64,000 nucleotides of DNA, taken from contig NC_092672.1 of the NCBI RefSeq assembly GCF_964355755.1, positions 31,936,437-32,000,436 of the forward strand, given 5' to 3'. The notes below the pieces were generated by a model. It saw only the letters and a program-made list of their open reading frames with translations, made no database searches and was not told the DNA's origin. The stretch's first letter is position 1. The number at the start of each line of letters is the position of its first letter. This DNA is from Antedon mediterranea (Eukaryota > Animalia > Echinodermata). Position numbers and translations under genes: made by a program. Positions 12,735 to 24,900 of this stretch are shown here, piece by piece.

Positions 12735-13539
12735 TAACACTTGTTACAAAAAATGGACATGACCAAAACACAGGGAAACTTAAATTCTCATACTAGTTAT
12801 GGTTGAAATGTTATTGCTACAAAATGTCACCCATGTAGATGTCAATTGTCATGAATACATTTTAAATGCTTTATTTGTCTTTAACTCGCGTTACATACGC
12901 GAATTAGTGCTTTGTTGAAATCACGTCATAATTTTTATTATTTTATTTATATACAAATTACGATATTTATTTTTGTTCATAGAAGTATAACTTTTATGTA
13001 ATTTAGGAAATGTATAGACTTTATGATACTGTGAAAATGAAACTTTCAGGTCATATACATTTCACATGAAAAAGCCCAAATGGCAAACTCTACAGTATGT
13101 ACATGGCATATATTTACTCAGGATTGTCAAAAAACGAATGTAAAGACCATTTTATTTGTAAAAATAATGCATTTTGAAACATGAAACCAGGTCATTCCTT
13201 GTTTTAAAAGAGAATGCACTCTTGATGTTCTCTAACTGGCAAGCCTATACTCTAACTTTTTAACTGTTTAAAGATGAAAACAAATTAATGTCATAACTGT
13301 TTTTGGCAAACATGAAACAACATCCATACAGATGAACATGATGATAATGATGTGAAAAAAGCAACAAACACCAAGATGTTGAACATCAGATGATGAATGA
13401 CTGTAACAGAATGCTGCTGATCAATGTTACAGTGATTTAAAGAGCCTTATTTTGCATATTTTCAATATATAATAAATCCTATATAGGGCATACTGTATGG
13501 CAATAATTGTTTCATCTTAGAACAGTTAAATATGTTACT

Positions 13540-13613
13540 GGGGGACTAGCTCAAATGGTAGAGCGCTCACTATAGTATGTGAGAGGTACCGGGATCATTG
13601 CCCGTGTCTTTCA
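13540..13613 (+). pseudogene. tRNA-Ala(AGC)-derived pseudogene or SINE head
   Basis: GGGGGACTAGCTCAAATGGTAGAGCGCTC...GAGAGGTACCGGGATC resembles invertebrate tRNA-Ala. The anticodon loop, T-loop and acceptor stem are degraded. Confidence 0.7.
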
Positions 13614-15116
13614 TATCTATTTTTCATGGATTTCATGAAGTACCAAATAAAATCTGAATCTGAAAAAAGTCTATGCATGCCGGGTAAAGGGTGTTTGATG
13701 CGAAATACCTAGGGTACATTCTCTTTTTATCATAAATAAACCATATAACGAACATTTAAAACAAGTAATGTTTCAAAATGCGTTATTTTTAATAAGTCAA
13801 TAAGGCCATATACATGGCTGCATGCGCTTGCGCAAATTTGAGTTATTGTTTACTGACCTACCGACCGACTTACCGACCGAAATTGCTGAAAATGTTGATT
13901 TTTTGAATTTTTAAAAACATGTATAATTGCCTCCAAGTATTAATATCGACTGTCAAAATAACGAAAAAATATGAATATGAGTTTAATGTTTACTGACCGA
14001 CCAACCGACCGAAATTGCTGAAAATGTTAAAAAATGTTTTAAAACATTTATATTTGCCTCCAAGTATTAATATCCTGTGTCCAAATAACAAAAAAATATG
14101 AATATGAGTTAGTGTTTACCGACCGACATCGTGAGCTATAGTCACACGTTTAAAAATCTAATCTAAAAATTGCAGATAAAGGGTCTTTGACATTTGTTTA
14201 AATAAATAAATAAAATAAAAGCAGAAAATATATTGTCTTTTGTTTACTTTAACCAACTTTGATTAGCCACTGACAGTTGTTCTTTGTAATTTATTGATTT
14301 TCTTTTTGTAACAATTCACTTTACCTGATGATTTTCTATGCCCAAAACATGTTTTAAGGCATTTTTTAAAAGTTAAAAGTTTTTTATTTTATCTACAATA
14401 TTCATATACTCTGCCTATGCAGTTCTTTGATTTTTTTTAAATTTTCAATATTTTAACTTACTTCCGGGCATTTTAGGGCAAACTGTTGTATTAGACTAAA
14501 TAGAAATGTATATGTTCCAAACAATTTGACACCAAAAGTAACGCTATACGATAAATATTTCTTGAGATACGGTAAAAGATATATGAATAGGTCAATAAGA
14601 GGTCAATAACCTCACTTCCGGTCATTTTGGGATAAAATATTTCATTACACCAAATAAAAATATGCATGTTCTGAACAATTTGGGCCTAATCTCAATTCTC
14701 TATGACAAGCCATTACCGAGATATGATAAGACCAGGTCAAAGGTCAAACTACCAGAAACTGTTGTAGCAGCCATTTTTTGACAAAATTTTCTGTTAGAGA
14801 AAATAGGAATGTATATACTGTGAACTATTTGACACCAAAACCATTACTCTATGACAAGCGGTTACAAAGTTATAGACTAATTAAAATGGCAGCCATTTTG
14901 GACGCCATCTTGGATTTCTCGGAGAGCACAAGGAGGATTTTTCAGGACTTTTAGTATGATGTTCCAATCATAGTTCTGGACCTTTCCTGAAAAAATTAGC
15001 TTGTTACCAAAAATGTCCGGGTCTGCCTATACTTATGAACTAATGCTCTTGGACTATTAATTTACTTAAATTTGTTAATAATGTAAAACTTATCAAATCA
15101 ACATTTCTTAGATAAC

Positions 15117-15450
15117 ATGAGTGAGTGGCCGAGCGGTATGAGTGAGTGGCCGAGCGGTTAAGACAGTGGAACCGCAATTACGTAGCCATAACATCGGCAT
15201 GGGTTCGAGGCTCACTCACTCCATGGTTCTGGTGGTAGAACGAGTCTTCTCGGATAAGGACTATAAACCGTAGGTCCAGTGTACACATCTAGCTCGTGTG
15301 CACTTTAAAGAACCTAGTACATCTTTCGAGACGAGTAGGGGGTTACCCCGGTGTATTAGTACATCACAGCCACTGATCACCAACTGGGCCCTCTGGGAGA
15401 CCAGTCTTTGACTGAAGAGGTTACCCAGTATAAATATATATTTCAATTCA
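15117..15450 (+). mobile_element. tRNA-derived SINE with a 21-bp duplicated head
   Basis: A-box TGGCCGAGCGG, B-box GGTTCGAGGC and conserved body CGGATAAGGACTATAAACCG. Absent in paralogous units. A second copy lies at 58011. Confidence 0.8.
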
Positions 15451-15679
15451 ATGAACAAGATATAATAAAAATTATAGTATCAAGTAAATAATAAAAGTTA
15501 CTAAAATGTAACAAAGCATATTTGTTATTATTTATTTTTTGTACATTCAACAAAAATAAAGATTTTGAATGAGATCAAAATATGTAAAGTAAATATTAAG
15601 GCCTGCTGACCACCTGATCAATTGTTTTGAAAGCCTCGGAATCAACTGCTTGATTTATTAAACTGTTTCTGTGGTAAAA

Positions 15680-16160
15680 AATTGCATAATAAAACATCCC
15701 GGAGGCTTGACAGTAAATAAGAAAACTAAATCCATATTTGCTTGGCCAACAGAGAATCTCACTGTGTACTTAAGTTTAATGTTGATAATGGAGACTTTCT
15801 TGGTGAAATTGGTGAAGAGGATAGCGAATAGGGTCAAATGAGGTTACGAAGTTGCTCTCACAAAGGAACGGAACCTGATTGTTGTAGATCATACGAAAAA
15901 CAGAACACTACTGTTTGATCCAAATAGTAAATTTATGAGAATTCTCATTGAGCATGGTGCAATTGATGGTTATGTATATTACCCTCAGAATATAGCCAGC
16001 CACCATGTATCAAGTAGACATGAACTACAGCAATTTGATAACAATAGTGTTTTTATAAAACAAATACATAATGTTGAGTTATCAACATAATATCTGTGGA
16101 GGGGGAGTAGCTGTGGCAGAATATGGAGGAAACAGAGTCAGAATATATCAATATTGATAA
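15680..16160 (+). pseudogene. Decayed NHL-repeat relic (unit 1)
   Basis: Frameshifted homology to NHL repeats (HPGGLTVNK, NLIVVD, RVRIY). Confidence 0.75.
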
Positions 16161-16909
16161 TGTATAATGGGTAAAATCAACATATGCTCATTATTCAGCA
16201 TTTTAGTTTATATATTGTAACTTTTATATTTAGTTTCTTATTAATTAAAACATAAATTGAATGAACACTATATTTTTTAGGTTTGTGAACAAAAAATATA
16301 TCATGTGATGTAATAGGTTTAATGATTTGTTATTGAAAAATGTAAACATCTGTAAGACTACACTTGGATACAGTTTTGGCAAGGAGTTGAATATTGGAAA
16401 TAACAGCTGTTTTACTAAATCAGTGATGTTATCACCTATTTGATAATGGTTTCATCTACTCCCATTGAACCCACCAATCAGACAAGGCAGCAATGTGCAT
16501 CAGTGGATTTTAGACTGTAAATAATCGCTGAATCTTTTTTTTTATGGAATATTTGAAACTTGAACAATAAATGTAAGTAAAGACAGTTTTCACGCTGCTG
16601 CTCTAGCCCGCTACGTCACAAGAGATGACAATCAGATATAAAGCTGCAGCAAGTTTAGTACTGAGAGTGACATAAATGTGAAAATGGATCATCCACTATA
16701 ATTTATAGGTCCAGCTGTTGCATCCACAAAACGTCTGGAAAAGAGTCTATGAGTGCTCACGGTTGAACGATTTTGGATTCTTGCCCTTTGATTGGTTGAC
16801 GCCAATCAACAGATTGTGGAAGAATTTCCACTTGTGCCAACTTGAAGTAGTCACGTTGTCTCTAGAGAGTATTCAGTTGCATGCATAAAGTTCACCTGTA
16901 CAAGATCAA

Positions 16910-17032
16910 GGTCAAGTATTTTTCGCTTTAAATTACATTTTTTCAGGTAAAATAACTATTATGTGACAATAAAATGACACATTCAAAAACAAATTTGAAA
17001 TAAAAAATATTTTTCAGAGGGACAATATATCT
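16910..17032. mobile_element. Right-end fragment of the Kolobok-like family
   Basis: Matches ~22250-22382, ending GGGACAATATATCT followed by TTAA. Confidence 0.6.
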
Positions 17033-17554
17033 TTAAAACTGTTACGTCAATAAAGCGAGCAGCGTTTTTTGTAAGAAATATTTTTTGTTTATATTTAATT
17101 TTGTACTAAAAAATAACATTATTTCATGGGGTTGTATTGATAAAACTTTACACAAATAAGCACTTAATATACAAATAAACCTTCTTCTATAAATACAACA
17201 TAATTATCCTTGCGTTAGCCAATCAGCAGCAGCTACTGAATATTTTGGAAAGTCCAACAAACTATTTTTAGAATTTGATATTACTTCCTGGTTTTCTGTG
17301 CCCAGATTAGCTCAAATTTTACAATACTAACGTCTAGCTGCTTTTGTCACCTTTGTTTCATCTTTCTTATATTTAATCATAGTAAGTATTATTATTGTTG
17401 TACTGTAACATTTTTTTTATAATCAAAATAATCTGTACACTAATCCTTGCGCAATTTTAAATTGCACAAATTGTTTAATATATGCGCATAACATAATACT
17501 AAGATATTTAATAGATAGCTTTATTTATAGACTTAGATGTTTCATTTTTTACAG

Positions 17555-18211
17555 ATGTCGGAACAAAAAGCATTACAATTCTTAGACAAGAATGATCTTG
17601 AATGTGCAATCTGTCTAGAAAGACTGACAGAACCAAAAACACTTGAGTGTCTCCATAGTTACTGTCTTCATTGCCTGCAGATTTTGATTAAAACAAGCGG
17701 CAAAATAAAATGTCCAAAATGTTGTAAGATGTACGATGACCTAAATCAATTTGATTTGAAAGATCTTACTACCAATGAAATGTTAAGTTATCAAGTTAAA
17801 TTTGTTGGAAATATTGAATCCGAAAAACCGCCAAAGTGCTCAAGCTGTGTCTGTGATAACCAACCTGAATACTACTGCTCTGAATGTCAAATGTATCTAT
17901 GTGGACAATGTATTAAACATCATAAAACCATTCCTGTATTGAAAAACCACCCATTGTACACACTGGACAAAATTCAAGGAGAAGGTAAAGATCTGCCACA
18001 TAAATGCATATATCACAGGGACTGCATGCTTGAATTTTATTGCAGAACTTGTCCTAAAAATTGCATAATAAAACATCCTGGAGGCTTGACAGTAAATAAG
18101 AAAACTATAACCATGGTATGTGGCAAACAGAGAAGCTCACTGATAATGGAGACTTTCTTGGTTAAATTGGTGAACAATGAAGAGGGTAGCAAAGAGGGTC
18201 AAATGAGGTGA
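17555..18211 (+). pseudogene. TRIM copy 2: RING, B-box1 and partial B-box2, fused by internal deletion to the NHL relic (218 aa)
   Basis: Matches the TRIM 5' end up to ~18059, then switches to relic sequence ATTGCATAATAAAACATCCTGG. The 5'-UTR intron 17382-17554 is intact. Confidence 0.85.
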
Positions 18212-18535
18212 CCAAGTGATGCTGCTCTCACAAAGGAATGGAACCTGATTGTTGTAGATCATTTGAATAACATAATACAACTGTTTGATCCAAATCCTCA
18301 TAGAGCACGGTGGAATATATGGTTATATCACTCTCAGAATATAGCCATAGATTATGATGAGAACATACTGATATCAAGTAGACACAAACTACAGCAATTT
18401 GATAACAATGGTGTTTTTATAAAACAAATACATAATGTTGAGTTAGTTACATTAGATCAACATAATATCTATGAAAAAAGATAGTAGCTGTGACAGAATA
18501 TGGAGGAAACAGAGTCAAAATACATAATAATTGAT
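18060..18535 (+). pseudogene. Decayed NHL-repeat relic (unit 2)
   Basis: Homologous to 31455-31940. Confidence 0.75.
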
Positions 18536-18917
18536 AATGTATAATGGGTAAAATCAATATATGCTCATTATTCAGAATTTTAGCTTATATATTGTAACTT
18601 TTATATTTAGTTTCTTATTAATTAAAATATACTAAAATTAAAAACTATATTTTTTAGGTAGTTTGTGAATAAAGAATATATCATGTGATGTAATAGGTTT
18701 AATGATTTGTTATTGAAAATGTAAACATCTGTAAGACTACACTTGGATACAGTTTTGGCAAGGAGTTATATTATTAATATGGGAAATAACAACTGTTATT
18801 AAATCAGTATGTTATCACCTATTTGATAGTGGTTTCACCCACTCCCATTGAACCCACCAATCAAGGCAGCAATGTGATCAATAGACTTTATACTGCAAAT
18901 AAGCACTTAATATACAA

Positions 18918-21900
18918 ACTAGACATGTAACTCGTCACTTTGACGAGTTAGTTATCCGCACGACAAAGGCTACGTGCACGTCATACGTTAGAATATTGCA
19001 CACAGAAAAAGATTATGCCAATATGACCTGAACTGAAGAGTATGATATGTTGTTATTGCTGAATTCTGTTATTTTGTGTATATACAATAATCTGTATACA
19101 TATTACATACAGTGTAGAATAGGCGAAATGACTGGACCCGCCATTTATTCCAATTTTTAACATGGCGACGGTATCAAAATGAAACACTAAGATAGCAATT
19201 TCGGAAGGAAATTATTTCGGCAAGAACATATTATGTGTAGAAGAAATTTAAATACGTAAAATATTGATGCGCGCTCTTTTAAATGTAATAAATTATAACG
19301 CAAAAGATGAAACTACGACTTTTTTTATTTAACAGGTCATATGATGACGTCACAACATCCGATTGGCAAAATTTTTACATGATTTCCTATCTACAATCCA
19401 ATAGCTACTAGAAAACGTTTTAATCGTGATTATCACATTTTATTCTTACGAGCTATAACAGATTAAAATTTACTGAAAAGATGAAATTAATGCCACACGT
19501 AATTTAAATTTTTAGGCATGATGACGTCACAAAAATTAAAATATTTTTAACTCAAGCGAAAGATAGTTGATTGACCTAGACAATATCAAAATCGGGGTGA
19601 AAATGGAAAACGGCTAAGTGGAGATGCGCTCTATTAAATGTGATGACCTATAACGAAAGATACAAAAATCCTTTATTTTATATTTGCGTGGCCATACGAT
19701 GACGTCATAATGTCCGGTTAGCCATATTAATACATGGTCCGATATCTACAACTAATCAACTTCCAGAATATGTCATCCACAAAAAGTTGACCGTGTAGTT
19801 TAGAAATTACGACTGTTTAAAAAAAGGCATAATTTTGAGGAATTTTTGAACTTTTTCATCAAAAACGCGCGCAAATTGTACAATTCGACGTGCTCGTATG
19901 ACGTAAGTTTAAGTCGAAATTGTTTAAAGATGTATTGTCCCCCAAAAAATGAAAAATAAAGATGAAAAAAATCAAATTTTGAATAGACCGTTTTGTAGTT
20001 AACATAAAGTTATTCACTTCCACCGAAAAAAAATCCGAAAAAAATATTGATTTCGCTTATAAAAAAATCAAAATAAATTTACCATTTTTTCGAACTCATC
20101 GGCTCAGAAATTAGGCCGGTAGAGCTAACTCATACATATGCATGATATGTTAATGAGCATCCACACAGCAGAGATCTGATCTAACAATGGACGATGCACG
20201 TTGTATGGTACAACAACACCACCAGAGATCGACGCGACTGTGGGTTTCCCTGGGATGGGATGGCTGATCGTATAAATATGTAAAGCTGAGCTGTTAATTT
20301 GTCGGTATGTAGGCCTAGACGGTTATTTTAAATATAATAATATATATAACGCAATAATAACTGGAAGGTAAATTAATTAACTTAGCATGGGATTTTCTCA
20401 GTTCAGGGCTAGGCCTAGAATAATTAATACATGCTGCTGCATATTACTAGGCTAGTGTAGCAAGCAGACTGTGACAATCGGGTCCCTGCAGAAGATGCCC
20501 AGCTAGGCATTGTACTCTTCATAGACTGGCCTAGGCTATATGCCATCAATCTTAGCTACATTCCGAAAATACAGCCAGCTTGCTGTACCATATATATTTA
20601 CAGTTGAAGCTAATTTTTATGATAAAAATAAAACAAACATTTTTCAGGGAAAATGGTTGCAATACAAGCCTGAAATTGAGAACCTTCCAGCAGCACTGTA
20701 CAAGTAGACAGAGGGGAAAAGCCAGCTTAGCCATTTTACAACACAAACAAATGTTCTCTGTACTGTAGTAAGTCAAATATTTATTTTCTATTTTTATAAG
20801 TTATAACATTATAAGTAATGTGTTTTAATTACCATAGAAAGGTAGTATACTTATTTGACTATGTCAAAGTAAGCAATTTCACTAGCCCAATTTTGCACTA
20901 AATATGCATGATCTATTTTTTCCAGATTTTCATACTTTGCTTTTACTTTTTTTAAAGACGTTGAGCTGATGAAGACTGCAACAGAGGTCACCCAAAGACA
21001 ACAATGATAGACTCGGTATTGGAATATGATTGGATATTGCAGGAAAAATATTTCTGACTCTCCTGCTGCATTCGGCCAATATGTTCTTGTCCCGCTTGTA
21101 AAATATTGTATAATTTTTTTTTTGTATTATATGTACAGTACAGTATATTATTTTGTAAACATAACATTCAATAAATAAAAAAAAACTACTACAACAGTAC
21201 ACAGGATAAATTCTTCAAATTTACTTACACTTCATAATTTTACTGTAAATATTACAGTGCAAAAGGAGTTAATAAAATATATATATACAGTATCTTATTG
21301 AATTCCTGTATTGTTTTTTGTGTCAATTTGTCTACTAATTATCAATGTGTTGATTGTGGCAGTAATTACGACAGCTATAGTCTTCTAAGATCGCTCACAT
21401 CCATTACAAAGTGTCATTTTAATAGTAAGAAACGTTTCAATAAATTGTGAATGTTGCCACTGTACGATACATTTTATGTTTCTCACTACTTGCTCTTATT
21501 GTTCAATCAATCAACCTAAAAAAAAAAAGAAATTTGTGTCAAAATATCTGCATAAAATGTTTATTTGCGGAATGTTAATTTGAACCTATTGCATTTGATA
21601 CAGAAAATATTTTTAAAATATTGCATCAGTAAAACATCCAAAACAATAGGCCTATTTAGATTTTCTTTTTTTTTTAATTTTCACTGCCGAATAGATAGTT
21701 AAAATCTTAAAAAATTAAACCAATTCATCATGATTAAAACAAAAATACATCCCTTCTGGTGGTGGTCTACTGTAGCCCTAGCTAGCAGTGTACTGCCTAG
21801 GCCTACTACACACTCTACTTCTAGAGACAGAAGTAGGCAGCAGTTAGGCTACTCGAGACTGTCAGTACTAGGCCTAGTAGTAGACTAGTAGGTATAGTAC

Positions 21901-24900
21901 AGTAGCAGCAAATTCGGGCCTAGGCCTCTCCTGTTAGCGAAACAAAAACTCACCTAAATGAATAAGATTCAACATCAAAGTTACCAACTGTAATTCTAAC
22001 TTAGCATTCTGCTAGCTATAGTTTCCGTGTTTTCTTCAAGATTCGTCTCGCATCACTACTCGACTCTCTCGCACGCATGGCATTGCTATCGTTGTTGGCT
22101 GTTGATTTGGAAAGCGTCATCATCCACACAATGTATCCATACAATATGAATATTTATGAGCTAACTCAGGTCAAGGGTTAAATTAAACCGGAACACATTT
22201 GTCTTCCAGACAAATAGCTTCCGGTTGGTTAATTTTTGCATTAAATTGCGATTTTCCCGTGTAAAAAATTATTTTTTTCAATCCAAATTGAGGTCAAAGT
22301 GAATAACTTTTATGTGCAATTAAAATGGCCTATTCAACAAAAATATCGAAAAAAATTTTTTTTTCAGGGGGACAATACATCTTTAAAAGTTGGTAAAATT
22401 ACTAGAAAAAGGCTGGAACAACATAAATCAAGCGAAAAAAATATGTTTTTAATGCTACGTGCGCACCGCACACGTAAAAATTTGCGCACGCGTGGGAATT
22501 TTTGACATACTTAAAATGACATGAAACACGTAGAAAGTTGATTAGAAATAAATTTTGCGCATTTTAAAATTTTAAATGCGCGTGCGCGCGTAACTTTGTG
22601 TAAAACACGCAATTTTTGTTCAACAGAAATTTAGCGCATGATATAAATTAAACTTTTGCAAAGTTTCAATTACAAACGTTTTTCGGTTTTTTACCTATGT
22701 TTAAAACGCTAAATTCATAAAATCGCGCGTAAGTCACGTTGCGCAATTGTAAATATGCTGAAAAGCTTCGCTGCACAACTTCATATGAGTGACGATATGT
22801 TGAGAAAGTTACGAAATGTTATGTTTGGAAGTTTTACAGATACGCGTGACACAAAAAATTACAGAAAGAAAGAAGATAAAGACTAGACATGTAACTCGTC
22901 ACTTTGACGAGTTTGGTTATCCGCCGCGCAAGTGGTGCAACATTAACATTAAGGGGATAGGTTGAGGACAAAAGGAAGTGTTCACGTTGGCATTATGACC
23001 TGAACTGAAGAATATGATATGTTGTTATTGCTGAATTTTATTATTTAAATTCATATATAGTATACACAGTATAATCTGTATCCATATCACATACAGTGTA
23101 GAATAGGTGAAATTACGGGACCCGCTATTTATTGCAATTTTTAACATGTTGACGGTTTTAAAATGAAACGCGAAGGTAGCAATTCCGAAAGGAAATTATC
23201 TCAGCAACAACGTATTAGCGTGTAGAAGAAATTTGAATACGTGAAATATTGATGCGCGCTCTTTTAAATGTAATGAATTATGACGCAAAAGATGAAAATA
23301 CGACCTTTTTTATATAACTGGCCATATGATGACGTCACAACATCCGATTGGCAACATTTTTACATAATTTCGTATCTACAATCCAATAGCTTCCAGAAAA
23401 AGTTTTAATCGTGATTATCACATTTTATTCTTATGAGCTATAACAGATTAAAATTTACTGTAAAGATGAAATTAATGCCACACGTGATTTAAATTTTTAG
23501 GCATGATGACGTCAAAAAAATTAAAATATTTTTAACTCCTGCGAAAGATACTTGATTGACCTAGACAATATCAAAATCGGGGTGAAAATGGAAAACGGAT
23601 AAGTAGAGATGCGCTCTGTTCAATGTGATGAGCTATGACGAAAGGTACAAAAATCCTAAATTTTATATTCGCGTGGCCATACGATGACGTCACAATGTCC
23701 GATTAGCCATATTAATACCTGATCCGATATCTACAACTCATCTACTTCCAGAATATGCCATCCACAAAAAGTTGACCGTCTAGTTTAGAAATTACGACTG
23801 TTTAAAAAAAGGCATATTTTAAACAAATTTTTTAACGTTTTCATAAAAAACGCGCGCAAATTGTCCAATTCGACGTGCTCGTATGACGTATCTTTAAGTC
23901 GAAATTGTTTAAAATTTGGTAAAATTAGTAGAAAAGGCTGGAAAAATATAAATCACGCAAAAAAAATACGTTTTCAATGCTACGTGCGCACCGCACACGT
24001 AAAAATGTGCGCACGCGTGGGAATTTTTGACATGCTTAAAACGACATGAATCGCGTAGAAAGTTGATTATAAATTAATTTTGCGCATTTTGAAATTTTAA
24101 ATGCGCGTGCGCGCGTAACTTTGTGTAAAACACGCAATTTTTTTTGAACAGAAAGTTAGCGCATGATATAAATTAAACTTTTGCAAAGTTTCAAGTTGAA
24201 ATGTTATTTGGTTGTCGAGCTATGTTAAATACGACAAAATCGTTAAATCGCGCGTAAGTCACGTTGCGCAATTGTAAACATCATGAAAAGCTTCGCTGCA
24301 CATCTTCATGTGCATGACGATATGTTGAGAAAGTTACAAAATGTTATGTTTGCAAGTTTTAGAGAAAAGCGATCCACAAAAATCATACAGAAAGAAAGAA
24401 GAGAAACTAGACATGAAACTCGTCACTTTGACGAGTTAGTTATCCGCACGACAAACGCCACGCGCACATCATACGTTGGAATTTTGCACACGGAAAAAGA
24501 TTATGACATTATAACCTGAACTGAAGAATATCATATGCTGTTAGTGCTGAATTCTGTCAATTTTGTGTCATATAGTATATACAGTGCAAACGGTATAATC
24601 TGTATACATGTTACATACAGTGTAGAATAGGTGAAATTACGGGTCCCCCCGTTTATTCTTATTTTTAACACGGCTTCGGTATCAAAATGAAACACTAAGA
24701 TAGCAATTTCGGAAGGAAATTATCTCAGCAGCAACATATTAACGTGTAGAAGGAATTTGAATACGTAAAATATAGATGCGCGCCCTTTTAAATGTGATGA
24801 ACTATTACGCAAAATATGAAAATACGACTTTTTTTATTCAACTGGCCATATGATGACGTCACAACATCCGATTGGCAAAATGTTTACATGAATTCGTATC

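Larger units (their letters stand above)
11686..15056. mobile_element. Non-autonomous DNA transposon with ~720-750-bp TIRs, Academ-like
   Basis: Termini TAGTCCAAGAGCATTAG/CTAATGCTCTTGGACTA, TIRs ~11686-12408 and ~14308-15056, 3-bp TSD TTA, no transposase ORF. Confidence 0.8.

Noticed and set aside
13540-13613. Functional tRNA gene
   Set aside because: The acceptor stem, anticodon loop and T-loop are corrupted, and it lies inside a transposon.
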